From Acaryochloris marina S15 (GTDB lineage: Bacteria > Cyanobacteriota > Cyanobacteriia > Thermosynechococcales > Thermosynechococcaceae), in NCBI RefSeq assembly GCF_018336915.1, contig NZ_CP064923.1, positions 420,001 to 452,000 of the forward strand: a DNA stretch of 32,000 bases. The letters run 5' to 3'. How positions within the stretch are numbered: position 1 is the stretch's first letter; each line of letters starts with the position of its first letter. The translations under genes and the position numbers were made by a program. The notes under the pieces were generated by a model. It ran no database searches. It worked only from the letters and a program-made list of their open reading frames with translations, and was not told the origin of the DNA. Below are positions 1 to 8,453 of this stretch, one piece after another.

Positions 1-188
1 GCCAGCTTACCGACTTCGGTAAACCCATCCGCCGTGGTGACTGGGGCAGGGGCTTCGGCAGTATCAGTGGATTCGGGTGAAGAAGATGCTTCTGGTGTGT
101 CACTCGAGGTGCAAGCTGCGAGCACCACGGGTAAGCTGCTGGCTAATGTGCCAACCCCTACCCAAGAAAGAAATGTACGACGATCCAT
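1..188 (-). CDS. N-terminal part of a Tat-signal lipoprotein, probably a PetC3-like Rieske [2Fe-2S] protein; the gene continues beyond window position 1
   Basis: The reverse complement of 188..1 reads MDRRTFLSWVGVGTLASSLPVVLAACTSSDTPEASSSPESTDTAEAPAPVTTADGFTEVGKL. It has a twin-arginine motif (RRTFL), a hydrophobic h-region and a lipobox (LAAC). It is absent from the ORF track because it is open at the window edge. The Rieske call rests on remembered cyanobacterial PetC3 N-termini; the catalytic domain lies outside the window. Confidence 0.55.
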   Translation of the reverse strand, partial: MDRRTFLSWVGVGTLASSLPVVLAACTSSDTPEASSSPESTDTAEAPAPVTTADGFTEVGKL

Positions 189-441
189 TCAGTGTTCTCC
201 TGTATCTGAGATACGGACTTCGCTGGTTATTATGCCTGATCTAGTTTCAATTCGTTGTACTGCAGCGATATAAAACCTCAATCACATTAGTATCTAGACC
301 CTTCTAACTCAGAAGAGGGCTTCAGGGAGAATTTGACCAGCAACTCAAATGACTGGGTTAAAAGATATGCAATAATTTGTTACATTCAAGATCTGGACTG
401 TTCAAGAGGCAGTTCCAAACCATTGTTAGAGAAGAAAAAGC

Positions 442-1920
442 ATGCGTGTTGCAATTGTAGGTGCGGGTCTGGCAGGGATGGCCACCGCAGTTGACTTAGT
501 TGATGCGGGTCACGAAGTAGAACTATATGAAGCTCGTCCCTTTGTCGGCGGTAAAGTCAGCAGCTGGATCGATGACCAAGGCAATCATATTGAAATGGGC
601 CTGCATGTCTTCTTCGGCAACTACCGTCGCTTGTTTGCACTCATGGCAAAGGTGGGGGCTTTAGATCACTTCCTACTGAAAGAGCATGTCCATAACTTTG
701 TCAATAAAGGTGGGCGTTTAGGGGCCTTAGATTTTCGCTTTCTGATTGGGGCTCCTTTCAATGGTTTGAAAGCCTTTTTCACGACTTCTCAGCTGTCGTT
801 GCGGGACAAGATCCAGAATGCGATCGCACTCGGTACCAGCCCCATTGTTCGTGGCCTAGTGGACTACGAAGGGGCGATGCGCAACATTCGTGCCCTAGAT
901 AATGTCAGCTTTGCCGATTGGTTCCGCCGTCATGGAGGTAGCAATGGCAGTATCAAACGCATGTGGAACCCCATTGCCTATGCCCTTGGGTTTATCGACT
1001 GCGAAAATATTTCCGCCCGCTGCATGCTCACCATCTTTCAGATGTTTGCTGTCCGCCGAGAAAACTCCATGCTGCGGATGCTAGAAGGCTCGCCTCAAGA
1101 ATATCTGCATCAACCGATCATCAACTATTTAGAAGAGCGGGGCGTTAAATTCCACCTCCGTCGGCGCACCTTAGAAGTTTTGTACGACAATAAGGACGAC
1201 GAAACCCATATTACCGGCCTCCGAGTTGCCAAAGAAGACGGGGATGAAATCATTACGGCAGATGCCTATGTCTGTGCCTGTGATGTCCCAGGGATTAAAC
1301 GGCTGATTCCTGATGATTGGCGGCATTGGTCTGAATTTGACAATATCTATAAACTTGATGCAGTCCCCGTTGCCACGGTCCAGCTGCGCTTTGATGGCTG
1401 GGTCACCGAAATGAACGACCCCCAGGCTCGTAAACAGGTAGAAAAAGCAACAGGCTTGGATAACCTCCTCTATACCGCCGATGCCGACTTCTCTTGCTTT
1501 GCCGACCTCGCTCTCACTAGCCCCAGCGATTACTATAAGGAAGGGGAAGGCTCATTGATGCAGCTGGTACTCACCCCAGGCGATCCCTTTATCAAAAAGA
1601 GCAACGAAGAAATTGCCAACCATGTCCTCAAACAAGTCCAAGAGCTGTTCCCTTCGTCCCACGACTTGAATATGACTTGGTACAGTGTGGTCAAACTGGC
1701 CCAGTCTCTCTATCGGGAAGCCCCTGGCATGGAGCCTTACCGACCCCATCAAAAAACCCCCATTCCTAACTTTTTCCTGGCGGGGAGCTACACCAATCAA
1801 GACTATATCGATAGTATGGAAGGGGCTACAATTTCCGGCCACCAGGCTGCCCAAGCCATCTTAGAAAGCGCGACTACGATTCAGCAACTGAGTGAGAAAT
1901 ATCCATGTCAGATTGGCTAG
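442..1920 (+). CDS. crtQ: zeta-carotene desaturase (plant/cyanobacterial ZDS type)
   Basis: 492-aa ORF with an N-terminal dinucleotide-binding motif ([14 protein letters not shown]). The block [27 protein letters not shown] is typical of ZDS rather than PDS. An SRPBCC gene follows, as I recall for Synechocystis slr0940-slr0941. Confidence 0.9.
   Translation: MRVAIVGAGLAGMATAVDLVDAGHEVELYEARPFVGGKVSSWIDDQGNHIEMGLHVFFGNYRRLFALMAKVGALDHFLLKEHVHNFVNKGGRLGALDFRFLIGAPFNGLKAFFTTSQLSLRDKIQNAIALGTSPIVRGLVDYEGAMRNIRALDNVSFADWFRRHGGSNGSIKRMWNPIAYALGFIDCENISARCMLTIFQMFAVRRENSMLRMLEGSPQEYLHQPIINYLEERGVKFHLRRRTLEVLYDNKDDETHITGLRVAKEDGDEIITADAYVCACDVPGIKRLIPDDWRHWSEFDNIYKLDAVPVATVQLRFDGWVTEMNDPQARKQVEKATGLDNLLYTADADFSCFADLALTSPSDYYKEGEGSLMQLVLTPGDPFIKKSNEEIANHVLKQVQELFPSSHDLNMTWYSVVKLAQSLYREAPGMEPYRPHQKTPIPNFFLAGSYTNQDYIDSMEGATISGHQAAQAILESATTIQQLSEKYPCQIG
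820..827. repeat. HIP1 octamer GCGATCGC
   Basis: Exact match read in the sequence. Confidence 0.95.
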
Positions 1921-2348
1921 AACATAGTGAACAAGTTGAGGTCCCCGTCAGCATTGAGGCAGCATGGGATCTCTGGTCTAATTTAGAACTGATGCCCCAG
2001 TGGATGAATTGGATTGATTCCGTTGAGATCCTCAAAGACAAACCCGAGTTATCCCAGTGGACCCTTTCGGGGGGTGGCCTAACCTTTACCTGGTTGTCTC
2101 GCATCCTTAAAGAAATTCCCAATCAAATTATTCAATGGGAATCTGTGGATGGCCTACCCAATCGAGGGGCGATTCGCTTTTATGATCGCAAACAAGATAC
2201 TAGCGTTGTGAAGCTAACGGTTGCCTATAAGATTCCTGGTGTCGTAGGACAATTCATGGACAACCTGTTTCTAGGAAATGTGGTGGAATCTAATCTAAGA
2301 AGTGATTTACAGCGTTTTCGAGAGTATGCCATTCAACATCACTCATAG
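1905..2348 (+). CDS. SRPBCC-superfamily (cyclase/dehydrase-like) protein, slr0941-like
   Basis: 147-aa ORF whose ATG lies 16 nt inside the end of crtQ. The N-terminal pattern [27 protein letters not shown] is typical of polyketide-cyclase/COQ10-like SRPBCC domains. Confidence 0.75.
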   Translation: MSDWLEHSEQVEVPVSIEAAWDLWSNLELMPQWMNWIDSVEILKDKPELSQWTLSGGGLTFTWLSRILKEIPNQIIQWESVDGLPNRGAIRFYDRKQDTSVVKLTVAYKIPGVVGQFMDNLFLGNVVESNLRSDLQRFREYAIQHHS

Positions 2349-2948
2349 ATGGGCACGGTTGTTGAGAAACTGGGGCTAGTCGCTGCGGCAATCCTCATGC
2401 TTCCGGCTACCGCCGAGGCAGCAAATCTAGAGCACTTACAACAGTTAAAGCAGACTCACTCCTGTGAAAATTGCGATCTGAGTCATGCTGATTTACGGGT
2501 CTTAGATCTTGAAAAGACTGACCTCAGTTATGCAAATTTGAGTAGTGCGAATTTGAGTGGCATGAACTTGAATCATGCCAACCTTAGTGGGGCAAATTTA
2601 ACGGCGGCAAATTTTACGGCGGCGAATCTAGCCAGGGCAAATCTTAAAGGAGCATTCAATCAAAGTCAATGTGATGATGTATTTGCAGATTTAGCTCAGT
2701 TGGGTGCATTTGCAGTTTGGAACCAATCCCGTCAATCTGATCATGCTTTTGCCTGTTCTATGACGGAACTGATCGATTTGGCACGCATCGCGGGCGTTTT
2801 ACACACAGTGTCATCGGAATATAAGGATATTCCGATTAGCTTTCAATTCATGGCTGTTCAGTTCAGAACAATGGGTGTAGCGTTAGAACGCGAGCGAACA
2901 AGCTTTTATAAAGCGAATCTCCAAAATGCCAATTTAGAGGATGCTCGC
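2349..2948 (+). pseudogene. 5' fragment (200 codons) of an IS-disrupted secreted pentapeptide-repeat protein gene
   Basis: Signal-peptide-like N-terminus (LVAAAILMLPATAEA) followed by A(N/D)LxX pentapeptide repeats (ANLSSANLSGMNLNHANLSGANLTAANFTAANLARANL). The reading frame runs into the IS and stops after 4 IS-encoded codons, at 2958..2960. Confidence 0.85.
2940..2948. repeat. left copy of the target-site duplication GATGCTCGC
   Basis: An identical 9-mer is found at 4435..4443, immediately outside the IS inverted repeats. Both copies encode D-A-R in the host gene frame. The true duplication could be 7-9 bp, because the outer bases (G and C) could also extend the IR. Confidence 0.8.
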
Positions 2949-2974
2949 GGGCGTATTTAGCGGATCGGGGATGC
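2949..2974. repeat. IS terminal inverted repeat (the end distal to the transposase start)
   Basis: Pairs with 4409..4434; matches are 7 outer plus 13 inner bases, with a 6-nt non-matching core. Confidence 0.75.
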
Positions 2975-4348
2975 CTTAGTTTTCGGAATGGTCACCTCTG
3001 GGAATAAGGAGTCAAACCGTTCATTGACCCAGGCAATTCTCAAGATCAGTAAATGGTTGAAACCATCCTCACTCCAGCGCATGCCAACTCCCTTAAAGCG
3101 CTGCTGAATCAACCACTTGCATGCACTTTCAACCATTCCTGACCCGAGAGGAATCTGTTGCTGTTCAAAGTGCCGATAACGGATGTGGTTATGATGGCGT
3201 TGGAAATAAGCCTGCACCTGGAGCAACGTTGAAAAAGACTTTCCCGTTAACAGTTGTGAGTGAATCAATATCGTCAAGGACCGTAATACAAGTAGGTGTT
3301 GCCCGTGTCGCAATTGGTGTCGCCAGTGCCGGAACCAGGCTTGGGCTTGAGCAGAGCGGGCATCTCCAAACATCGCTTTAGTTGCTCGTGCCAGATGGCC
3401 TGCTGAATGAAAAAAGTCGAGGACTGCCACAGCACAATGAGAGAACAAGGTGCGATAGACTCGCCAGAAGCCTCGTCCCCCATCACTGAGCCAGATGACT
3501 TTTGGAGCAGATTCAAAGTCTTGTTTGTGAGCTTCGAGTTGAAGTAAAGGGATGAACTGGTCGATATCGCCCAATACTGCCACCAGTCTTCGACGCAGTA
3601 ATTGGGGGACCTCCTTTTTAGCTCGGGTAACCCGTGTTCCCAGGCGAGCTAAGATGGCGACTTTGACTTCTCGCCACTGGATTTTTCCCTTGGGTGAGTT
3701 CGGGGTGGGGCGAAAGGGGACCATCACACCATCGGCGGCAATGGCCAAAGGTAGAGCAGATAACATCTCTGAAATCGCTTCACAAGGGGCCTGAGTCCCT
3801 GATGATTGAGCGTTGAGTTGAGCTTCTAATTCCTGCTGAGCTTTGTTACCCACGGATTGCACCCAGTTCCACAAACTGGATGGACTCACGGATAGACCAC
3901 TCCACTGACCCAGCATCCAACTGGCCAGTTCATAGGGCATGAACAGACTCAACAAGCAGCCCAGACGCACCAGTTCTTCGCTGCTGTGCTGATAGGGGGC
4001 AATCCCAATGGCTTGATCCAGGGGAGTCAACAGACTGCCTGGACATCCTTTGGGACAACGGCCCACCCGTCGCTTTCAAGAGATAGTGCCTACCAGTGTC
4101 TGCATCTGACGAGATTCCCATCCCTTCGAATGTAAGCGGGTTCCGCAGGTAGTACATACAGGCCATACAAATACTGCTTTCGCGCGCCTTGAGAGTTCAT
4201 CCTCCAGAAGACAGCGAGCTAGAAACAAGCCCATTTGCAGAACGATATAAACCATCTGACTCAGGCTGGTTGATACTTTGAGTGCTTCAGTTTGTTCTAG
4301 AAATTCGTCATGGGCTAGCACGGTTAGCAATTGCGATGGTAGGGTCAT
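2957..4348 (-). pseudogene. ISKra4-like transposase interrupted by one in-frame TGA
   Basis: ORFs 4076..4348 and 2957..4066 are in the same frame. The junction reads ...GTIS-TGA-KRRVGRCPKGC. The N-terminal part carries CxxC...CxxxC zinc-finger-like motifs (VCTTCGTRLHSKG ... GRCPKGC), as I remember for ISKra4-family transposases. The family name is from memory. Confidence 0.75.
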
Positions 4349-4408
4349 GATAGTTTTTTGGTTCGGGTACAGGATCTATTGTCCTTGACCCGTTTTTCTT
4401 TGAGCCAT

Positions 4409-4434
4409 GCATCCCCGATCCTTTGCTTACGCCC
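4409..4434. repeat. IS terminal inverted repeat (the end proximal to the transposase start)
   Basis: Reverse complement matches 2949..2974 at 20/26 positions. Confidence 0.75.
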
Positions 4435-4443
4435 GATGCTCGC
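4435..4443. repeat. right copy of the target-site duplication GATGCTCGC
   Basis: Identical to 2940..2948 and directly abuts the IS right end. Confidence 0.8.
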
Positions 4444-5094
4444 TTACAAGGAGCAGATTTTCGGTTAGCCCAATTAGATCGAGCTAATCTGAGCAATGCC
4501 AACTTGAGCAATTCCCTCTTTTTTGCAACTTCACTGGGGAATATAAAGGTTGATCGTTTAAATAGTAATTATGTTGATATTGCTGTTGTTAGACAATATT
4601 TGCAAAACAGCCTCAATAAGATGATTCAGGTATGGCTAGCCCAAGCCAAGCGTGCGATTGAGCTGAATGCTCGCACTACGATTGGCATCATCATTCGGAG
4701 TCAGCAGGCTTTTCATCTTAATCATGAGCGGTTTGCGCTTGAATTAGATGAACTGCAGGTTGATGTTAGCCAACTTTCAGAAAAATATATATTTGAGCTA
4801 TTTGCCCTTCAAGCTCCCGTATCAGATGCATTCCCTTCAGAGAAAAACCGAGCCGTATGGATTGTGGCACGTCCTCGTAAACCACAGTGGCAAAGCTATA
4901 TCGGTTTAGTCTGGCTGGGCTTACAAGGTCCGACATTCAGCTTTAGTCAGGACCGGACAGCACAACCCTTCTCTCTATCTATAGTGTGTGGCTCTAACCA
5001 ATTCGCTCAAGTCCCTTTGCCCCCTAGATTGAAAAACCAAGGCCTCAATCGTAGCGATGCCATGTGCCCACAAGGATACTCCCTAGTGAAATAA
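4444..5094 (+). pseudogene. 3' fragment (216 codons plus stop) of the IS-disrupted pentapeptide-repeat gene; C-terminal domain resembles cyanobacterial type IV pilin-like G/H family proteins
   Basis: The frame continues the 5' fragment exactly: ...NANLEDAR|LQGADFRLAQLDRANLSNANLSN. The C-terminal part (AKRAIELNARTTIGIIIRSQQAFHLNHERFALELDELQV ... SYIGLVW ... IVCGSN ... CPQGY) matches my memory of the pilin-like G/H family pattern. Confidence 0.8.
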
Positions 5095-5157
5095 TAATTT
5101 TGCATCCCCTGTACATCTCATAACGGATGTCACTTGACGATTCAAGGTGAATTTGAA

Positions 5158-6282
5158 ATGCAAACTTTGCAAGCAAAACCCAAAACACGAGTCTATTACT
5201 TTGATGCTTTAAAAACGATCTCTATTTGTTTAGTTTGCATCTATCACTACAATGCCTTAAATCTTGACATCATTAATAACCCTGGCTTGGGAGTGTATAT
5301 AAACTACTTGTTCTATGGCCTTTCCAGTATGGCAGTTCCATTGTTTTTTATGGTTAATGGAGCTTTGCTATTAAATAGACCTTATCAGTTAAAAAAGCAT
5401 ATTAGAAAGACTATTTATCTATACGTATTGTTGAATCTATGGAGCTTAATTTCTCTCACCCTCTTTATTCCCATTGAAGGAACGACCTATTCCATTAAGG
5501 AATTTCTGAGCTCATGGTTTCTTCTGAAAGTGCATGTGAGTAACCATCTATGGTTTCTGCAAGCCTTGGTGTCTGTCTATTTATTGTTTCCTGTGATTAA
5601 GGCTGTATATGACTTGGAAGACAATAAATTAACTTTGAAAATATTATGCTTTGTGGTTTTTATATTTTCATTTGGTAGCTTATTTCTCCATACTATATTG
5701 AATGTAGCTGAAACCGTCTTGGGTTTTAACTATATCAACTCCAACAGTTTTAATTTCTTCCCTGGCATCAACCCCTTTAATCAGTACTCCTATGCATATA
5801 TCTATTTTATTTTGGGCGGTGTCCTGGCTGATCAGTTTTCACCCGATAAGATAGGGTCTGAAAGGACGATATCTCTAAGGCGAATTAGCTTATTCTCATT
5901 CTTGTTGGCCTGGATGTCTTTGTTCTTGTATGGGGTGATGACAACCGTTTCTAGCCAATCTTTTTACGATACTGTTTGGAATGGATACTATTCCATGATG
6001 ACATTGGTCATGTCAGCCGCCTGCTTTTATTTTCTGTCTAGTTTGTCTTATGGCAATAAGATATTAAATTCTGTCTTTGTGGTGGTGGGGACCAGTACGT
6101 TTGGGATCTATCTGCTCCATCGATTTGTCGGTGCTGTATCTATTAAATATTTTCAAAATATTCCATTTTCTACTAACTTGGTGCCAAATCTGCTGTACAG
6201 CTTTTGCGTTGTAGCCGTCACATTATTAGCTGTTCAAGTCTTAAAAGCGATTCCTCTGTTCAGAAGAACGATCGATCTCTAG
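5158..6282 (+). CDS. membrane acyltransferase, acyltransferase-3 (OatA/WecH-like) family
   Basis: Multi-pass hydrophobic protein. The N-terminal pattern RVYYFDALKTISICLVCIYHY is typical of Acyl_transf_3. I prefer the ATG at 5158, which has AAGGTGA 8 nt upstream, over the TTG at 5134 used by the track. Two sampled 60-nt lines give 35% and 28% GC. Confidence 0.7.
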   Translation: MQTLQAKPKTRVYYFDALKTISICLVCIYHYNALNLDIINNPGLGVYINYLFYGLSSMAVPLFFMVNGALLLNRPYQLKKHIRKTIYLYVLLNLWSLISLTLFIPIEGTTYSIKEFLSSWFLLKVHVSNHLWFLQALVSVYLLFPVIKAVYDLEDNKLTLKILCFVVFIFSFGSLFLHTILNVAETVLGFNYINSNSFNFFPGINPFNQYSYAYIYFILGGVLADQFSPDKIGSERTISLRRISLFSFLLAWMSLFLYGVMTTVSSQSFYDTVWNGYYSMMTLVMSAACFYFLSSLSYGNKILNSVFVVVGTSTFGIYLLHRFVGAVSIKYFQNIPFSTNLVPNLLYSFCVVAVTLLAVQVLKAIPLFRRTIDL

Positions 6283-6562
6283 CATTAAGTTCACATAGGT
6301 ATTGCCAGGCAGTCAGCTCTTTGGGACTGAAAGGGTCTGACTTATTGGATAAAAAAGACTTAACCCTGAGCATAGCGACATAGAACTTTGAGAGAAGACG
6401 AGATCTTGGTTGGAGACTTTAATATTTCTGGGATCTTAAAGGTCACAATCCCTTTCGCTCTAGCCTGAGAATTGTTGCACCCAGGTGAGTAGATGAACCC
6501 TAGTCCATGCTTAGATAAGCAGTGGGTTGATGATGTGCACTGCAATGGGATTGTAAAAACTT

Positions 6563-7423
6563 TTGGTGAAGTCCACTGCCTCTTCCAAGCCCCGACAGGG
6601 TTGGTCCCTAGACGATCGAGATCCAGCTGCGATCGCAGCTTTAATACCGCGCTGGCAGTGGTTTTACGATTATTATTTTCGGGTTCAAACTAGTGGCTGG
6701 CACCATGTGCCTGCAGAGAAAGCCCTATTCGTTGGCTCCCATAATGGCGGCTTTGCAGCGCCCGACCTACATATGTTTATGTATGACTGGTTTTGTCGTT
6801 TTGGGGCTGAACGACCGATTTATGGCCTGATGCATAAAGGCATGTGGCGGGTTAATCCCAGGGTGGCAGAATTTGCCACTCTGGGGGGAGCGATTCGTGC
6901 CTATCCGACGGTAGCGAGGACTGCCTTGCAGAGTGGAGCTAGCGTTGCGGTGTTTCCAGGGGGTGCCCAGGATGTGTTTCGGCCCCATCGACTGCGGGAC
7001 CGGATTTATTTTTGCGATCGCAAAGGGTTTATCAAGTTAGCCTTACAAGAAGCCGTTCCCATTATTCCCTTCATTTCCTGGGGAGCCCATGACACCTTAG
7101 TGGTGTTAGCCGACTGTTATGACTTGATGAAACAGCTGCATGATCTTGGGCTGCCCTGGCTGTTAGAGACTGACCCGACTATTTTCCCCATTTATCTGGG
7201 TTTACCCTGGGGACTGAGCATCGGACCTTTGCCCAACTTTCCGTTACCCATGCAAATTCACACACGGATTTGTCCACCCATTCACTTTGAGCGATATGGC
7301 AGACAGGCAGCGAAGGATAAGGCCTATGTTCAAGACTGCTATGATCTGGTGGTTAGTACCATGCAAGATGCCTTGGATCAGCTCATCCTGAACGCCAGTG
7401 GGTTTGAATCTGGATGCCAGTAG
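6563..7423 (+). CDS. PlsC/LPLAT-superfamily acyltransferase, slr2103 / phytyl-ester-synthase (DAGAT)-like
   Basis: The pattern WSLDDRDPAAI...YFRVQTSGWHHVPAEKALFVGSHNGGFAAPD...VAVFPGGAQDVF...FIKLALQEAVPIIPFISWGAHD follows the HX4D-type acyltransferase layout seen in MGAT/PES-like enzymes. The start is uncertain (TTG 6563 or GTG 6566). Confidence 0.6.
   Translation: MVKSTASSKPRQGWSLDDRDPAAIAALIPRWQWFYDYYFRVQTSGWHHVPAEKALFVGSHNGGFAAPDLHMFMYDWFCRFGAERPIYGLMHKGMWRVNPRVAEFATLGGAIRAYPTVARTALQSGASVAVFPGGAQDVFRPHRLRDRIYFCDRKGFIKLALQEAVPIIPFISWGAHDTLVVLADCYDLMKQLHDLGLPWLLETDPTIFPIYLGLPWGLSIGPLPNFPLPMQIHTRICPPIHFERYGRQAAKDKAYVQDCYDLVVSTMQDALDQLILNASGFESGCQ
6629..6636. repeat. HIP1 octamer GCGATCGC
   Basis: Exact match read in the sequence. 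Confidence 0.95.
7014..7021. repeat. HIP1 octamer GCGATCGC
   Basis: Exact match read in the sequence. Confidence 0.95.
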
Positions 7424-7480
7424 ATACTGAGTGCTGGTGATTCCTTCGCACCAAAGATATGTTTGGATTTTCGGTTGTTT

Positions 7481-7488
7481 GCGATCGC
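7481..7488. repeat. HIP1 octamer GCGATCGC
   Basis: Exact match read in the sequence. Confidence 0.95.
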
Positions 7489-7928
7489 AACTCTGTCTCA
7501 TCAGCATACCAACAGACGTTTTGTACTGATGGTAGCCAACCAACGATTCGTAGAAGTTTGATCACCCGACCTCGGGCAGATAAACACCAAGGGAATTACG
7601 CATTTCGATCACCCTGAGGGGAACGATAGCTAGCGCAGCCAATCCTGGCAATGGCTACTCCATAGGTTTTATGACTCAAACTTCCCGATTTCTTCCCGAA
7701 TTTTGACTGCTTTTCTTCACCTAAATTAAATACAGTCAAAATAAAGCACTAAATATACAGTGTATAAATTCTTCCAAGACTAAACTTCTATCTCGCATCT
7801 AGAGCAAGATCTGCTGTTGCAGACAAAAATTTCCTTGTTCTTTGCATTGTATAGAGAACGATGTGTTGAAGATGTGTGTTTCACAAAATATACCGTCTGC
7901 CCTTTAGAACCGACATCAAAATATAGTA

Positions 7929-8384
7929 ATGATTGAAAAAACTGTGACCATGCACTATTTCAACAATGCTATTGTGCATCCTTCAGCCACCATGACTGAA
8001 GACATATCAATTTACGATTTTCTCAACTTAGTGAATTGCTTCAGTGGTGTGGTCAAAGTCTTTTTGGGTGCAAATGTAACCGCTAACTATTTGAGGGAGA
8101 CTAAGCCGGAGTTTGCCTATTTGGCTGACTTTGAAATTGATCGAAATGCACAGTTTCAATTTCGAGGAGATGGCAATCGAAAAATTACTGCTATTATCCA
8201 TCTGGGCTTCAAACTCTGGTTTAATGCGTTTTTAAAACGAGTATCGGTTCTCATTCAGAATTTACCGGAACTCATCAAGTTGGAATGTAATAAGCAAGAT
8301 AAATCGACGGTTTTATCACTGCTTCCGGCTGGATACTTATGTGAAGTCGGTGATCTGCAAGAAACCAATACGGCCTTATTCTGA
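7929..8384 (+). CDS. hypothetical protein (orphan, low GC)
   Basis: 151-aa ORF in an AT-rich stretch with no motif I recognise. It is called only on length and the lack of a competing ORF. Confidence 0.4.
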   Translation: MIEKTVTMHYFNNAIVHPSATMTEDISIYDFLNLVNCFSGVVKVFLGANVTANYLRETKPEFAYLADFEIDRNAQFQFRGDGNRKITAIIHLGFKLWFNAFLKRVSVLIQNLPELIKLECNKQDKSTVLSLLPAGYLCEVGDLQETNTALF

Positions 8385-8453
8385 CTTTTTACTCATATTC
8401 AACCCATGATGCAGAGTTCACAATGCTCAAGGGGTTGGTTGGTTGAGTAAAGA

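Larger units (their letters stand above)
2949..4434 (-). mobile_element. insertion sequence, ISKra4-like family, 1486 bp
   Basis: Terminal inverted repeats are GGGCGTAtttagcGGATCGGGGATGC (2949..2974) and the reverse complement of 4409..4434, GGGCGTAagcaaaGGATCGGGGATGC (20/26 identical). The element is flanked by the 9-bp direct repeat and holds one long transposase frame filling almost all of it. The transposase stop codon lies inside the left IR. Confidence 0.8.

Noticed and set aside
34-273. 79-aa plus-strand ORF at the window start
   Set aside because: It lies antisense to the much more convincing Tat/lipobox N-terminus on the minus strand. Its sequence is low-complexity and has no motif.
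902-2122. Alternative-frame and antisense ORFs inside crtQ and the SRPBCC gene (902..1084, 963..1148, 1552..1854, 1874..2122)
   Set aside because: These are shadow ORFs within strongly supported genes.
3121-3794. Plus-strand ORFs inside the IS (3121..3381, 3552..3794) and minus-strand 3274..3516 and 3930..4166
   Set aside because: They are antisense or off-frame relative to the transposase reading frame that spans the element. No independent support.
4076-4078. TGA in the transposase as selenocysteine or programmed read-through
   Set aside because: I see no SECIS-like hairpin immediately downstream. The sequence context fits a simple TGG-to-TGA change, so a pseudogene is the simpler reading.
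4308-4511. 67-aa minus-strand ORF crossing the right IS boundary
   Set aside because: It spans the IS end and the host gene fragment in antisense, so it is an artefact of the junction.
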